The notes beneath the pieces were generated by a model. The model searched no databases, was not told where the DNA came from, and was given only the letters and a program-made list of their open reading frames with translations. Source: Alphaproteobacteria bacterium (GTDB lineage Bacteria > Pseudomonadota > Alphaproteobacteria > SP197). From it: a stretch of 64,000 bases of DNA. Positions within the stretch are counted from its first letter, which is position 1. Every line of letters begins with the position of its first letter. Below are positions 34,127-44,077 of the stretch, in pieces. The stretch is from positions 2,464,001-2,528,000 of the forward strand of contig OZ219747.1 in assembly GCA_964291265.2 (NCBI GenBank). Direction: 5' to 3'. The position numbers were made by a program, and so were the translations under genes.

Positions 34127-34732
34127 ATGACCGTCGGCGCCGGTCATCATGGCCCCCGGATCCGTTCGGCGCTGGAGCAGGACTTCGCCGACATTGCCTG
34201 GATCTATGCCTGGCACGTGTTGAATGGAACGGCATCGTTGGAAATCGATCCACCGGATGCCGGGGACATGATCGCGCGCTGGCGGGCAATCCGCGCACGT
34301 GGTCTCCCCTGGCTCGTTGCCGAAACGGCCGGCGCCATCACGGGATACGCGTGTGCCTCGCCCTGGCGGTCGCGGTCTGCCTACCGCCATTCGGTAGAGA
34401 ATTCGGTCTACGTGCGTCACGGGTACGACAGACGGGGAACGGGACACCTGCTGATGGAATCACTGATTCGGCAGTGCGCGGCCCTCGGATACAGGCAGAT
34501 GGTCGCTGTCATCGGGGGTTCCGCCAACCGGGCCTCTGTCGGCTTTCACGAACGGCTCGGCTTCCGTCATGTCGGTGTCCTGGAATCTGTCGGCCACAAG
34601 TTCGATCGCTGGGTGGATACGGTTCTCATGCAGCGTGCCCTTGGCGAGGGTGATGCATCGCCCCCCGGATCTCCCGATCTGCCGGGAGACTCCGATAGGC
34701 AGGAGGCCCGGTTGCGCCGCTGCGACGGCTGA
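34127..34732 (+). CDS. GNAT N-acetyltransferase (phosphinothricin acetyltransferase/MnaT-like)
   Basis: GTASLEIDPP, RSAYRHSVENSVYV, ASVGFHERLGF, VGHKFDRWVDTVLMQ. Confidence 0.88.
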   Translation: MTVGAGHHGPRIRSALEQDFADIAWIYAWHVLNGTASLEIDPPDAGDMIARWRAIRARGLPWLVAETAGAITGYACASPWRSRSAYRHSVENSVYVRHGYDRRGTGHLLMESLIRQCAALGYRQMVAVIGGSANRASVGFHERLGFRHVGVLESVGHKFDRWVDTVLMQRALGEGDASPPGSPDLPGDSDRQEARLRRCDG

Positions 34733-34806
34733 ATGGACCGGTGATGCATGTCACGTCACGGTGATGGTATGGTGATCGGCGCTTCGACCGGAAATGGGAC
34801 ACAGTC

Positions 34807-36192
34807 ATGGAGAACTTTGAAAGCCAGAACCTGACCGACGAGATCCTGGCACTCGATGCCCATCTGGTTCATTCCTTCGCCAATCTCGACGGATTGAAGG
34901 CCGAGGGAGCACGCACCGTCATCGCCGAGGCAGACGGCGCCTTTGTCTATGATGCGGATGGCAACCGAATGCTGGACGGCATTGGCGGCCTGTGGTGCGT
35001 CAATGTCGGTCACGGGCGCCGCGAAATCATCGATGCGGTCGCCGCGCAGTTGCGCAAGCTCGATTACTATTCGACCTTCTACAACCTCACCCATCCCGAA
35101 GGTGCACGCCTCTCCCACAAGGTGGCCTCGTTGGCTCCGGGTTCGCTCAACCATGTCTATTTCGGCAATTCCGGCTCGGTGGCCAATGACAGCGCCGTGC
35201 GCATCCTCCACCACTACTTCAACCGACTCGGCGAGCCCTCGAGACGGATTATCCTCTCGAGGATCGGCGCCTACCATGGCTCGACGCACCTTTCGGTCGC
35301 CCTGACGACCCCGGCCTATCGAGCGGACTGGAATTCGGCCGAGGATCTCGTGCACCACCTCTCGTCGCCCTATCCCTACAGGCGGCCCGACGGCATGACG
35401 ATCGACGAATTCTCGGACTTTCTCATCCAGGAGATGGTCGAAGCCATCGAGAGGATGGGCGCCGAGAATATCGCCGGCTTCATTGCCGAACCGATCATGG
35501 GGGCCGGAGGCGTCATCGTGCCGCCCGACGGCTACCACAGGCGGACCAGGGAGGTATGCTCGACCTACGGCATCAAGTACATCTCCGACGAGGTGGTCAC
35601 AGCCTTCGGACGTCTCGGTCACTTTTTCTCGTCACGGGATGTGTTCGGCATCGAACCCGACATCATCACCTCGGCGAAAGGACTCACCTCGGGTTATCAG
35701 CCGCTCTCGGCGACGATCCTCTCGGAGGAGATCTACGATGTCATTGCCGCACCGGGAGCGATGTTCCTTCACGGCATGACCTATTCGAGTCACCCCGCCG
35801 CCTGCGCGGCCGCCCTGGCGAACATCGCCATCATGGAGAACGAGGACCTGTGCGGGCATGTCCGGACCACAGGACCGTTGTTCGAGGCAGCGCTCCATCG
35901 TCTTGGAGATCTCGATGCCGTGGGCGAGGTTCGGGGGAGCCACTTCATGCAGGGTATCGAGTTCGTCCGCGACCAGGCCACCGGAGAACTCCATGACGCG
36001 GAAGTGGATTTTGGCGGGCGCGTGGCACGCCATGCGCAGAGACGCGGACTCATCGTCAGACCTCTGGGCCACATGGCGGTGCTGTCACCTCCGCTCATCA
36101 TCGGAGAAAGGGAAATCGGCATCATCGAGGATGTCCTGCGCAAGAGCATCAAGGCAGCACTCGACGACATCGCGGCAATGGGTCAGGCCTGA
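34807..36192 (+). CDS. Class III PLP aminotransferase (omega-amine type)
   Basis: LDGIGGLWCVNVGHGR, FIAEPIMGAGG, DEVVTAFGRLG, TSAKGLTSGYQPL. Confidence 0.93.
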   Translation: MENFESQNLTDEILALDAHLVHSFANLDGLKAEGARTVIAEADGAFVYDADGNRMLDGIGGLWCVNVGHGRREIIDAVAAQLRKLDYYSTFYNLTHPEGARLSHKVASLAPGSLNHVYFGNSGSVANDSAVRILHHYFNRLGEPSRRIILSRIGAYHGSTHLSVALTTPAYRADWNSAEDLVHHLSSPYPYRRPDGMTIDEFSDFLIQEMVEAIERMGAENIAGFIAEPIMGAGGVIVPPDGYHRRTREVCSTYGIKYISDEVVTAFGRLGHFFSSRDVFGIEPDIITSAKGLTSGYQPLSATILSEEIYDVIAAPGAMFLHGMTYSSHPAACAAALANIAIMENEDLCGHVRTTGPLFEAALHRLGDLDAVGEVRGSHFMQGIEFVRDQATGELHDAEVDFGGRVARHAQRRGLIVRPLGHMAVLSPPLIIGEREIGIIEDVLRKSIKAALDDIAAMGQA

Positions 36193-36530
36193 TCGGGTCA
36201 GTCCCTCGGCACTTCTTCGGCACGAGCGCATCGGACAGTCGAGCACAATCGCCTAGTGCGCCATGTGTGAGGACTCACCGCCCCGCCCGCCGTTTGCACC
36301 CCGCAGCGAATTCTGTTGCGTTGACCGGGCGACAAGGCAGATCGGCTGCCGGCCGATCAGGTCTCGCCAGGCACTGCGACGTGGCGCGGTCCCTTGACGA
36401 TGACGCCGTGGAACCCCAGAGTGTGGTGCCCCTCCACCGGCCGGTCCAGGCGTCAGTCGGCCCTGGATTGTGGCCGCCGTCGATCAGGTCTAGATTGACA
36501 CGTCCAACGACACCGGCAAGAGAGTGATCC

Positions 36531-37010
36531 ATGAAGGGCAACCCTGAGGTCATCGGATTTCTGAACAGTGTTCTGAAGAACGAACTCACTGCGATCAATC
36601 AGTATTTTCTCCATTCGCGCATTCTCAAGGACTGGGGGGTGACCCGTCTGGCTGAACACAACTACCGGGAATCCCTGGAGGAAATGCAGCATGCCGACAG
36701 TCTGATCGAGCGTGTTCTCTTCCTCGAGGGCCTGCCCAATCTCCAGGAACTCGGCAAGCTGATGATCGGCGAGGACGTGAAGGAGATCCTCGAGTGCGAT
36801 CTCAGGCTCGAGTACGCCGCAGTGCCCGTGCTGCGTGACGGGATCGTCTGCTGCGAGAGCAACAGCGACTTCGTCAGCCGCAACCTGCTGCGCGACATCC
36901 TGATGGCCGAGGAAGAGCATGTCGACTGGCTCGAAACGCAACTCGGCCTCATCGAGAAAACCGGACTCGAGAACTACATCCAGCTGCAGAGTCAGCCTGC
37001 CGCCGGTTGA
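36531..37010 (+). CDS. bfr: Bacterioferritin
   Basis: MKGNPEVI...ELTAINQYFLH...EEMQHAD...LEGLPNLQ...EEEHVDWLETQ. Confidence 0.97.
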   Translation: MKGNPEVIGFLNSVLKNELTAINQYFLHSRILKDWGVTRLAEHNYRESLEEMQHADSLIERVLFLEGLPNLQELGKLMIGEDVKEILECDLRLEYAAVPVLRDGIVCCESNSDFVSRNLLRDILMAEEEHVDWLETQLGLIEKTGLENYIQLQSQPAAG

Positions 37011-37011
37011 G

Positions 37012-37221
37012 TCATCCATCCAGGGGGCGTGGTTCCATGTGCCGTCGAGCCGGGTGACTGCCGTGGAAGAGGTCGATGAGCGCCTGGGCATCCTTCAGAC
37101 ACTGCCCGCACCGGGGGCCGGAGCCAAGCATGACATAGGCCTCGCGGGCGCAGTGAACGCCCGATTGCGCCATGCCGGCAATGTCGCATTCACGATAGGC
37201 GTTGCAGACGCAGATGAACAT
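37012..37221 (-). CDS. bfd: Bacterioferritin-associated [2Fe-2S] ferredoxin
   Basis: MFICVCNA...CGQC motif, 69 aa, adjacent to bfr. Confidence 0.88.
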   Translation of the reverse strand: MFICVCNAYRECDIAGMAQSGVHCAREAYVMLGSGPRCGQCLKDAQALIDLFHGSHPARRHMEPRPLDG

Positions 37222-37266
37222 CGTGTGCCTCACCCCCGGGGACAGGTGGGATATGCTGACTGCAAC

Positions 37267-37283
37267 TGCAAATGATTGTCAAT
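37267..37283 (-). promoter_or_regulatory. Fur-box-like site overlapping the -35 of bfd
   Basis: Minus strand ATTGACAATCATTTGCA, AT-rich near-palindrome containing TTGACA, about 45 bp upstream of bfd. Confidence 0.5.
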
Positions 37284-37308
37284 CCCGAAATCGACTCTGG
37301 CCGGTCAC

Positions 37309-37789
37309 TCATCGGCGAAGGGTGCGTCGAGGGGCCTTTCGATGGATTTCGGCGACATCGGCTTCGGGACAGGCCGGCAGGATCCGGTGACGCGTGCCGC
37401 CTTCCTCGGGAGGATGGCACATTGCGGCAACGGCCGTTCGTGCGGCAGGGCGAAGGGGATGACCGCAGGCACCGGTGCTTGATGGCCGCAAGGGCGATTG
37501 ACTTGCATGCCTGTTTCACGGCGAGGTCACAGCAACGGCCCCACACCGCTCGTTCCGCCCTGCCAGACGCGACCCGCGGTGCGAATCACGCGACGGCCGG
37601 GCAGATGCCAGCTGCCGGTCAGTTTGGCATGAGCGGTCTTGCAAAGCCCGTGCGGCGCTCCCTGAGCAGCCTGGGTCCTGCGGCCCGGTGATTGCCGCGG
37701 TCGACGCCACCGCCGCCGGGCAGCGCACGGTTGGCGATGGCATCGAAGGCGCGTGTGGTGATGTCGCCTTCGAACACCTCGATTAGCAA
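37309..37789 (-). pseudogene. Macrodomain (YmdB-like ADP-ribose hydrolase) pseudogene
   Basis: Colinear fragments in several frames: IEVFEGDITT..DAIAN..GGGGVD...HRAAGP; AKLTGSWHLPGRRVIRTAGRVWQGG; KSIALAAI/STGACGHP. Confidence 0.75.
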
Positions 37790-38066
37790 GCCGGGGGAGG
37801 CACAGCGGCTCGCCTGCGGAGGAGATCCTGGAAACGCTGCAGTCCGATCGCCATCAAGGGAGAGGCGAAGCGGTGTTCCGCCAACCCCTGTCGGTGCATG
37901 GCATGGCGCCAGGAGTGATCTCTCCACCTCCGGCATGCGCGACTGCCCATTGCGCCTTGACGGGATGCGTGGTTCGGCACTCCGGGAAGGGAGTGTGAGG
38001 ACATCGAGGAGCGGGTGCACCGGCAGTCCCTTGCCGGATCGTGAGTCGTGGCTGTAATGTCGGCTC

Positions 38067-39257
38067 ATGACACGCACGGACGCCATCAGGCTCCATCTCA
38101 GTGATTCGCGAGCGCGGGGCAGAGTCTATGATGAGCCCCAGGCGCGCGTGTTGTCTCGGACGACACGCCGTGCCGCAAGACAGGTGATTGCGCGCTGGCC
38201 GGACTATGCTCCCACACCGCTTGTCGATCTCCCCGGACTCGCCTCGCGCCTCGGCGTTGGCGGTCTCAGGATCAAGTGCGAAGGCCACCGTTTCGGTCTT
38301 GGAAGCTTCAAGGCCTTGGGCGGCGCCTACGGCGTGCTGCGGGTGCTGGCTCGGGAAACCGCTCGCACCATGGACGACATCATGGCCGGACGCGCCAGGG
38401 ACGCCGTTGCCGACGTCACGGTGTGCTGCGCCACGGACGGCAATCACGGACGGGCTGTGGCGTGGGGAGCAGGACTGGCGGGCGCCCGTTGCGTCGTCTA
38501 CCTCCATGACCATGTCAGTCAGGGTCGCGAAGACGCGATTGCGGCCTACGGCGCCGACATCATGCGCGTCAGGGGAACCTATGACGACTCGGTCCTGAAG
38601 GCTGCGGAGGATGCCGGGAGTCTCGGCCGGATCGTCCTCTCCGATACGTCATGGCCCGGTTACGAGGACATTCCCTCGTGGGTAATGCAAGGCTACACGG
38701 TGCTCACGGACGAGGCGATGGAGCAGATGGCCGGACGCCGGCCGAGCCACGTCTTCATCCAGGCAGGTGTCGGCGGGCTGGCAGCAGCGGTGGCCGGGCC
38801 CATGTGGGAGGAATGGGGGAGCGCGCGGCCCCTGACGGTGGTTGTCGAACCCCACGAAGCCGACTGCGTCTATCAGAGCGCCGTTCACGGCCGCCCGACG
38901 GAGGGAACGGGGTCTCTCGACACCGTCATGGCCTGCCTTTCTGCGGGAACGATGTCGCCGCTCGCCTGGGACATCCTGAAATACGGGGCCGACGCCTGCA
39001 TCACCATTGCCGACCGGTATTCCCCGCAAGCGATGGTGATGCTTGCGAACGACGCCGACGTGCCGCTTGTTGCAGGCGAGTCGGGCGCTGCCGGCCTGGC
39101 CGGCCTGGTGGCTGCGCTGCAGGAGAGCGATGTGCACCAGGCGCTGGGTCTTGATCGTGCGAGCGATGTCCTTCTGGTCGCCAGTGAGGGAGCGACGGAC
39201 CCTGGGATCTACACGAGGATTGTCGGACGGCGTCCGGAGGAGGTGTCGGATGGTTGA
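38067..39257 (+). CDS. dpaL: Diaminopropionate ammonia-lyase
   Basis: YAPTPL, RFGLGSFKALGG (PLP Lys), ATDGNHGRAVAWGA, SDTSWPGY, MQGY. Confidence 0.92.
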   Translation: MTRTDAIRLHLSDSRARGRVYDEPQARVLSRTTRRAARQVIARWPDYAPTPLVDLPGLASRLGVGGLRIKCEGHRFGLGSFKALGGAYGVLRVLARETARTMDDIMAGRARDAVADVTVCCATDGNHGRAVAWGAGLAGARCVVYLHDHVSQGREDAIAAYGADIMRVRGTYDDSVLKAAEDAGSLGRIVLSDTSWPGYEDIPSWVMQGYTVLTDEAMEQMAGRRPSHVFIQAGVGGLAAAVAGPMWEEWGSARPLTVVVEPHEADCVYQSAVHGRPTEGTGSLDTVMACLSAGTMSPLAWDILKYGADACITIADRYSPQAMVMLANDADVPLVAGESGAAGLAGLVAALQESDVHQALGLDRASDVLLVASEGATDPGIYTRIVGRRPEEVSDG

Positions 39258-39744
39258 CGGCAGGATCCGCTCATGTCTGACGGTGGTTCTGACACTCCTT
39301 GTCGCGACACCGGCCACGGGAGACGATCCCGCGATCATGGAGGCGCAGCAGGTCCTCCAGGTCATGGGCTACGATCCCGGTCCCGTCGATGGCGCCATGG
39401 GGGAGAACACCCGGCGTGCCGTGAAAGCGTTTCAGGGGGAGTTCGGCCTTGCTGTCGACGGCAGGATCGATGACGCGCTGCTCACGAGGCTTCGCGCCGA
39501 GTCTGTCCTCGATGCGGCGTCGCCGGAGAGGCGGCTGGCTCGCAGGGGGGTGCTGCGCAGCTATACGCGGGCGGTGCAGGATGGCCTCCATGATCTCGGG
39601 TTCAATCCTGGTCCCGTCGACGGGATTGTCGGTCCCTTGACGAGGAAGGCCGTGCGCGCCTTTGAGGCTGCGGCGAACGTGGATGTGACGGGGACGATCT
39701 CTCCGCAGCTCCTCCAGGCCATCAACGATGCGAGGGGCCTGTGA
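39250..39744 (+). CDS. Secreted protein with two peptidoglycan-binding (PG_binding_1) domains
   Basis: Signal peptide; two 'L..GY/FNPGPVDG..G..TR.AV.AF' repeats. Confidence 0.85.
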   Translation: MVDGRIRSCLTVVLTLLVATPATGDDPAIMEAQQVLQVMGYDPGPVDGAMGENTRRAVKAFQGEFGLAVDGRIDDALLTRLRAESVLDAASPERRLARRGVLRSYTRAVQDGLHDLGFNPGPVDGIVGPLTRKAVRAFEAAANVDVTGTISPQLLQAINDARGL

Positions 39745-40409
39745 CCTCCTCCTTCTACCCGGGTCTCTCTGCGGCGGACCGGGATGACCGGCTCCATGCA
39801 CCGGCGGCGGAGCGCAACTGCGGGCCCATCCTCGAAGTCCTCCAACGCTACTGCGCCAGCGGCACACAGGTGCTGGAAGTCGCCAGCGGTCCGGGTCAGC
39901 ACGTCGCCCGCTTCGCCACGGTCCTTCCTGACGTCCGCTGGCAACCCAGCGACCCGGACGACGCCATGCGGGCAAGCGCGTCCGCGTGGACAGATTCGCT
40001 GCCCAATGTCGCGCCTCCTCGTGCCCTCGATGTCCTTGACGAGACGTGGTGGGAGCAGCTTGACGGGGAGTTCGGTCTTGTCCTCTGCATCAACATGCTT
40101 CACTGCACGGAACGCGCCACGATTGAGGGGCTCGCTGCCGGTGCCGGCTGCCTGCTGCCGACCGGCGGCCATCTCCTGATTTACGGCCCCTTCACGTTCA
40201 ATGGCGAGTTTGGCGCCAGGAGCAACAGGAGTTTCGATGCCATGCTGCGCCAGCAGCATCCAGGGTGGGGATTGCGCGATGTCAACGACATTGCGGCCAC
40301 GGCGCACGATCATGGTCTCGAGTTCGAACACGCCATCGCGATGCCATCGAACAACCACATGCTGGTCTTCTCCCGCGGCCGAGTCACCAACCCGGGCAAG
40401 CCGGTATGA
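39741..40409 (+). CDS. DUF938 family SAM-dependent methyltransferase
   Basis: APAAERNCGPILEVL, VLEVASGPGQH, WQPSD, YGPF, SNRSFD..L, MPSNN. Confidence 0.9.
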   Translation: MTSSFYPGLSAADRDDRLHAPAAERNCGPILEVLQRYCASGTQVLEVASGPGQHVARFATVLPDVRWQPSDPDDAMRASASAWTDSLPNVAPPRALDVLDETWWEQLDGEFGLVLCINMLHCTERATIEGLAAGAGCLLPTGGHLLIYGPFTFNGEFGARSNRSFDAMLRQQHPGWGLRDVNDIAATAHDHGLEFEHAIAMPSNNHMLVFSRGRVTNPGKPV

Positions 40410-40429
40410 CACCCGATGACAGGCCGGCG

Positions 40430-40818
40430 TGCGAGGTTATGGTGCTCTCAAGGGGCCGATGCCGGATCGCTTGAGCGTGGCGAAATTCGAACGTTTCGTT
40501 CCTGACGCGGAGTGCCACGAGGGGTGGCGGGCCGTCGAACAAGAGATGGCCTGGCGCGGGACCAATGACCGTTGCGGCGATGTCCTCTGGCCCGATGTCG
40601 AGGGGTGTTGACCAGGATCCAGGGCGCACCACGGTCTGCGGCAGGAAGCCGCGGTCGTCGGAACGAAGTGTGAAGATGACGACATCTTCGAGGAGGGAAT
40701 GGCGATCGGTGTCGAGGCCTTCTTCGGCCTCGCAAGCGCGGGTTTCGAGCAGAACATGCTTGTTGGCGGGACGGGCGCCGAGATCCTGTCGACACGGCCC
40801 ATGATCTGGTGGGACTGA
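40430..40818 (+). pseudogene. Relic of an M24 metallopeptidase C-terminus
   Basis: EDDDIFEEGMAIGVEAFFGLASAGFEQNMLVGGTGAEILSTRPMIWWD*; upstream part scrambled. Confidence 0.5.
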
Positions 40819-40828
40819 TCCGCCTCCG

Positions 40829-41860
40829 TCACGGTTCCTCACCGACATCGCGCCGCACCAGATCCTGGAACGCTGCGGTATGGCACTCCATGACGGGGGA
40901 AAGAACCCCTTCCGTGAAGGAGTGCGCCTCCAGATTGTGCTGAACCGATTCGCAGATGGCGAGGTCCTCCTCGACGATGGTTCTTGCCCAGGCGAAGCTG
41001 TCGGCGATGTCGTCCCCGCTCATGGCAGGATCGTACCATGCCCAGTTGATGGAGCGCAGGCCCGAGGGGCCTGCCGGTTCGATCCGCTCGACCTTGAATC
41101 CGGTGGCGCCCAGGACGCCCTGGAAACCGGGATAGCGCCAGAACCAGATGCCGTCACCACCCCGCAGGCTGGCGCCGTCCCCCCGATAGGTGACGTGAAA
41201 GACGACCAGGCGATGATCATCGTAGCTGCGGATGGTGACCGCCCGTGCATCGAGTGATTGCGCAAGGCGTTCGTGAACGAAGGAAAGGTGGTAGCCCTCC
41301 AGGGTGTTGTCGCAGTAGGTCTTCCAGTTGGCATGGCCCTCCACCGTGAAGTCTCCCCGGTATGTGAAGGCGGTCGTTTGCGGCCATGGTTCCGCGAGGG
41401 AGGGAAGGGAGCCCAGCCAGGCGCAGAGCGGCGGTGTGGCCGGGTCGATGGCGATGAAGAGACATCCCCGCCAGGTGGCCACGCGGACCGGCCGCAGAGT
41501 CATGGCGTCCTTGTCCAGCTTCTCACCGAACCGCGGAGCCAGGGCGAGAGTGCCGTCGAGCTCATAGGTCCAGCCGTGGTAGGGACAGACAAGCCGTGCC
41601 GGACAGGAGCCGGCGCCTTCGGGCATGAGGGCGGCGGCGCGGTGGCGGCAGTGGTTGTGGAAGGCACGCAGGTTCCCGTCGCCGTCTTTCAGCACGACAA
41701 CGGGCCAGCCGTTCACCTCGCGCGCCGCCCAGGTTGCCGGGCGCGCCACCTCATGTTCGGGCCCGAAGAGGGCCCAGTTGCGGGCAAAGATGCTGTCGCG
41801 TTCCCGGCGCGCCATCGTCGCTGACGTGTACCAGGAGGCGGGAAGTGTCGACTGCGCCAT
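40829..41860 (-). CDS. Rieske oxygenase alpha subunit (choline monooxygenase-like)
   Basis: Intact CRH...CPYH Rieske motif; DNTLEGYHLSFVH and EEDLAICESVQ iron site. Confidence 0.9.
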   Translation of the reverse strand: MAQSTLPASWYTSATMARRERDSIFARNWALFGPEHEVARPATWAAREVNGWPVVVLKDGDGNLRAFHNHCRHRAAALMPEGAGSCPARLVCPYHGWTYELDGTLALAPRFGEKLDKDAMTLRPVRVATWRGCLFIAIDPATPPLCAWLGSLPSLAEPWPQTTAFTYRGDFTVEGHANWKTYCDNTLEGYHLSFVHERLAQSLDARAVTIRSYDDHRLVVFHVTYRGDGASLRGGDGIWFWRYPGFQGVLGATGFKVERIEPAGPSGLRSINWAWYDPAMSGDDIADSFAWARTIVEEDLAICESVQHNLEAHSFTEGVLSPVMECHTAAFQDLVRRDVGEEP

Positions 41861-41864
41861 GGCT

Positions 41865-42662
41865 TCAACCTGCGGGGCGGGCGGCGGCGGCCTCCCGGCA
41901 GGCGGTGCCGAAGGCGGTGAACAGCGCATGATCGCCGGTCCGCTCCCGAAACCGCCACTCGGGATGCCACTGCACGCCAAGCTGCATGACAGGAGCGTGC
42001 CGGACACTCACCGCCTCGATGAGTCCATCCGGGGCCGTCGCCTCGACATCGAGATCCGGCGCCAGACGAGAGATGCCCTGACCGTGCACCGAGTTGACGC
42101 GACAGCGTCCGAGGCCGGTGATGGCACGCAGCGTGCCGCCGTCAACGACCTCGATGTCGTGCAGCGGCAGGTACTGCTGATCGCGAGGCTTCGACTTGCC
42201 AACCCGGTGCGCCATCAGTCCGTCGACCTCCTCCAGAACCATGTGGAGAGTGCCGCCAAGCGCCACGTTGAGTTCCTGGAGTCCGCGGCAGACAGCCAGC
42301 AGCGGGATTTCGCGCTCGATGACGCGACGGATGAGCGGCAGCGCCAGCGTGTCGCGCTGGGTGTCCAGAATGGTGAATTCCCTCGGTTCCCCGTCACCGT
42401 AATGGCGCGGGTGCACATCACTCGGACTGCCGGGAAGGAAGATGCCGTCGACCTTGTCGAGAAGGTCGTCGATGGCGTAGAGGTCTTCCAGGGGTTCGAG
42501 GTCGCCGCCCCTGCCGAAGCAGGGGATCAGCATCGGTATCGCACCGGCGCCGTGGGCGACGGCATCGATGTACTTCTCACCCACTGCATGAAACGGGTGG
42601 ATGTCGATCGTGCGCACGTCACAGGGAATGCCGATGAGGGGCAGGGGATTCTTGTCCGCCAT
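41865..42662 (-). CDS. puuD: Gamma-glutamyl-gamma-aminobutyrate hydrolase family (peptidase C26)
   Basis: AVCRGLQELNVALGG, VNSVHGQG, GVQWHPE. Confidence 0.88.
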   Translation of the reverse strand: MADKNPLPLIGIPCDVRTIDIHPFHAVGEKYIDAVAHGAGAIPMLIPCFGRGGDLEPLEDLYAIDDLLDKVDGIFLPGSPSDVHPRHYGDGEPREFTILDTQRDTLALPLIRRVIEREIPLLAVCRGLQELNVALGGTLHMVLEEVDGLMAHRVGKSKPRDQQYLPLHDIEVVDGGTLRAITGLGRCRVNSVHGQGISRLAPDLDVEATAPDGLIEAVSVRHAPVMQLGVQWHPEWRFRERTGDHALFTAFGTACREAAAARPAG

Positions 42663-42739
42663 GGAGGATCACCTTGCTGCTGTCGCGAACGACGCCACCC
42701 TATCAGGGGGGCATGACCACTGGAACCGGATCGCGCGAG

Positions 42740-44077
42740 TCATGGAGCCCGTGCGACGTCACGGACGAGGCCGGGGTAGTGACGCCACAAGGCGAGGGCC
42801 CGGACGATGAACAGGAGAGCGAGACCCAGCCACAGGCCGTCGTTGCCGAGCTCGGCGTGGAGCAGGTAGATCGCCGGCAGGTAGATGAAGACCGCAAGGA
42901 TCATCGCGTTCCTGATATCGCGGCCCCGGGCGGCTCCCGTGAAGATGCCGTCGAACTGGAAGGACCACACCCCGATGACGGGCATGAGGATGGCATAGTG
43001 CACATGGGCGAGGGCCTCGGCCCTTACCTCGGGAATGTCGGTGAAAGAGAACACCAGGAGATCTCCACCGAGAGCATATCCCAGGCAGACCACCACCGCC
43101 GTGAGTCCCGACCACAGGAAGGTCACCCTCACGGTCTCTTCGAGCATCCCGGGATCCCTGCGGCCGCAGGCTTCGCCGACGATGGCTTCACAGGCGTTGG
43201 CGAAACCATCCAGGGCAAAGGCGGCGAAGGTGAGGAACATCAAGAGGATTTCATTGGCCGCCAGGGTGGTGTCGCCGATCCGCGCCGAAAGGCTGATGAA
43301 GACGCCGAACGCGACGTTCAGAAGGAATGTGCGGATCAGGAGATCGCGGTTGAGCGCCAGAAGCGGACGATAGGGTTCCAGGATCCGGGCGGCGCCCAGG
43401 GGCCAGGGTTCCCGCCCCTCCGGCAGGGCACGAACGAGCGCCACCAGACCGGTTGCAAGGCCCATGGCCTCGGCGATGGCGGTGGCGGCCGCCAGACCTT
43501 CCACTCCCCAGCCGAGGACGGGAACGAAGAGGATGTCGAGAGCCACGTTGAGCGATGCGATGACGGCCTGCACGATGAGAGCCAGACCGGTTCTCTGAAG
43601 CCCGATCAGCGCGCCCGCGATGATGAAGTTGCCCATCACGGCAGGTGCCGCCCAGATCCGCACATCGAAGTAGAGTGCCGCCTGGTGCGACACCAGGGGG
43701 CCGGCCTCGACGAGGTTCAGCGCCAGCCAGCGCAAGGGATCCTGGAGGAGAACGAGGGCCAAGGCGATCACCAAAGCGATCACGGCGGCCCGGATGACGA
43801 TCGCCTTCAGCTCCTTTCGATCGCCGCGTCCGAAGGCCTGGGCGATGTAGCCGGTGGTCGACAGGCGCAGGAATCCGAATGTCCAGAAGACAAAGCTGAA
43901 GATGAGAGCCGCCACGCCCACGCCGCCGAGATACTCCGGTCCCGGCAGGTGTCCGGCCATGACGGTGTCGACCATGCCAACAATGGGCAAGGCCAGATTC
44001 GACACCATGATGGGTACCGCGGTCTTCCAGATTCGCCGGTGTCGTTCCGCCCGCATCGCCCCGCTGGAAGGCGTCAA
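42740..44077 (-). CDS. MATE efflux transporter (DinF-like)
   Basis: PIVGMVDTVMAGHL, FGFLRLSTTG, ALDGFA, FQFDGIFTGA; many hydrophobic segments. Confidence 0.9.
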   Translation of the reverse strand: MTPSSGAMRAERHRRIWKTAVPIMVSNLALPIVGMVDTVMAGHLPGPEYLGGVGVAALIFSFVFWTFGFLRLSTTGYIAQAFGRGDRKELKAIVIRAAVIALVIALALVLLQDPLRWLALNLVEAGPLVSHQAALYFDVRIWAAPAVMGNFIIAGALIGLQRTGLALIVQAVIASLNVALDILFVPVLGWGVEGLAAATAIAEAMGLATGLVALVRALPEGREPWPLGAARILEPYRPLLALNRDLLIRTFLLNVAFGVFISLSARIGDTTLAANEILLMFLTFAAFALDGFANACEAIVGEACGRRDPGMLEETVRVTFLWSGLTAVVVCLGYALGGDLLVFSFTDIPEVRAEALAHVHYAILMPVIGVWSFQFDGIFTGAARGRDIRNAMILAVFIYLPAIYLLHAELGNDGLWLGLALLFIVRALALWRHYPGLVRDVARAP

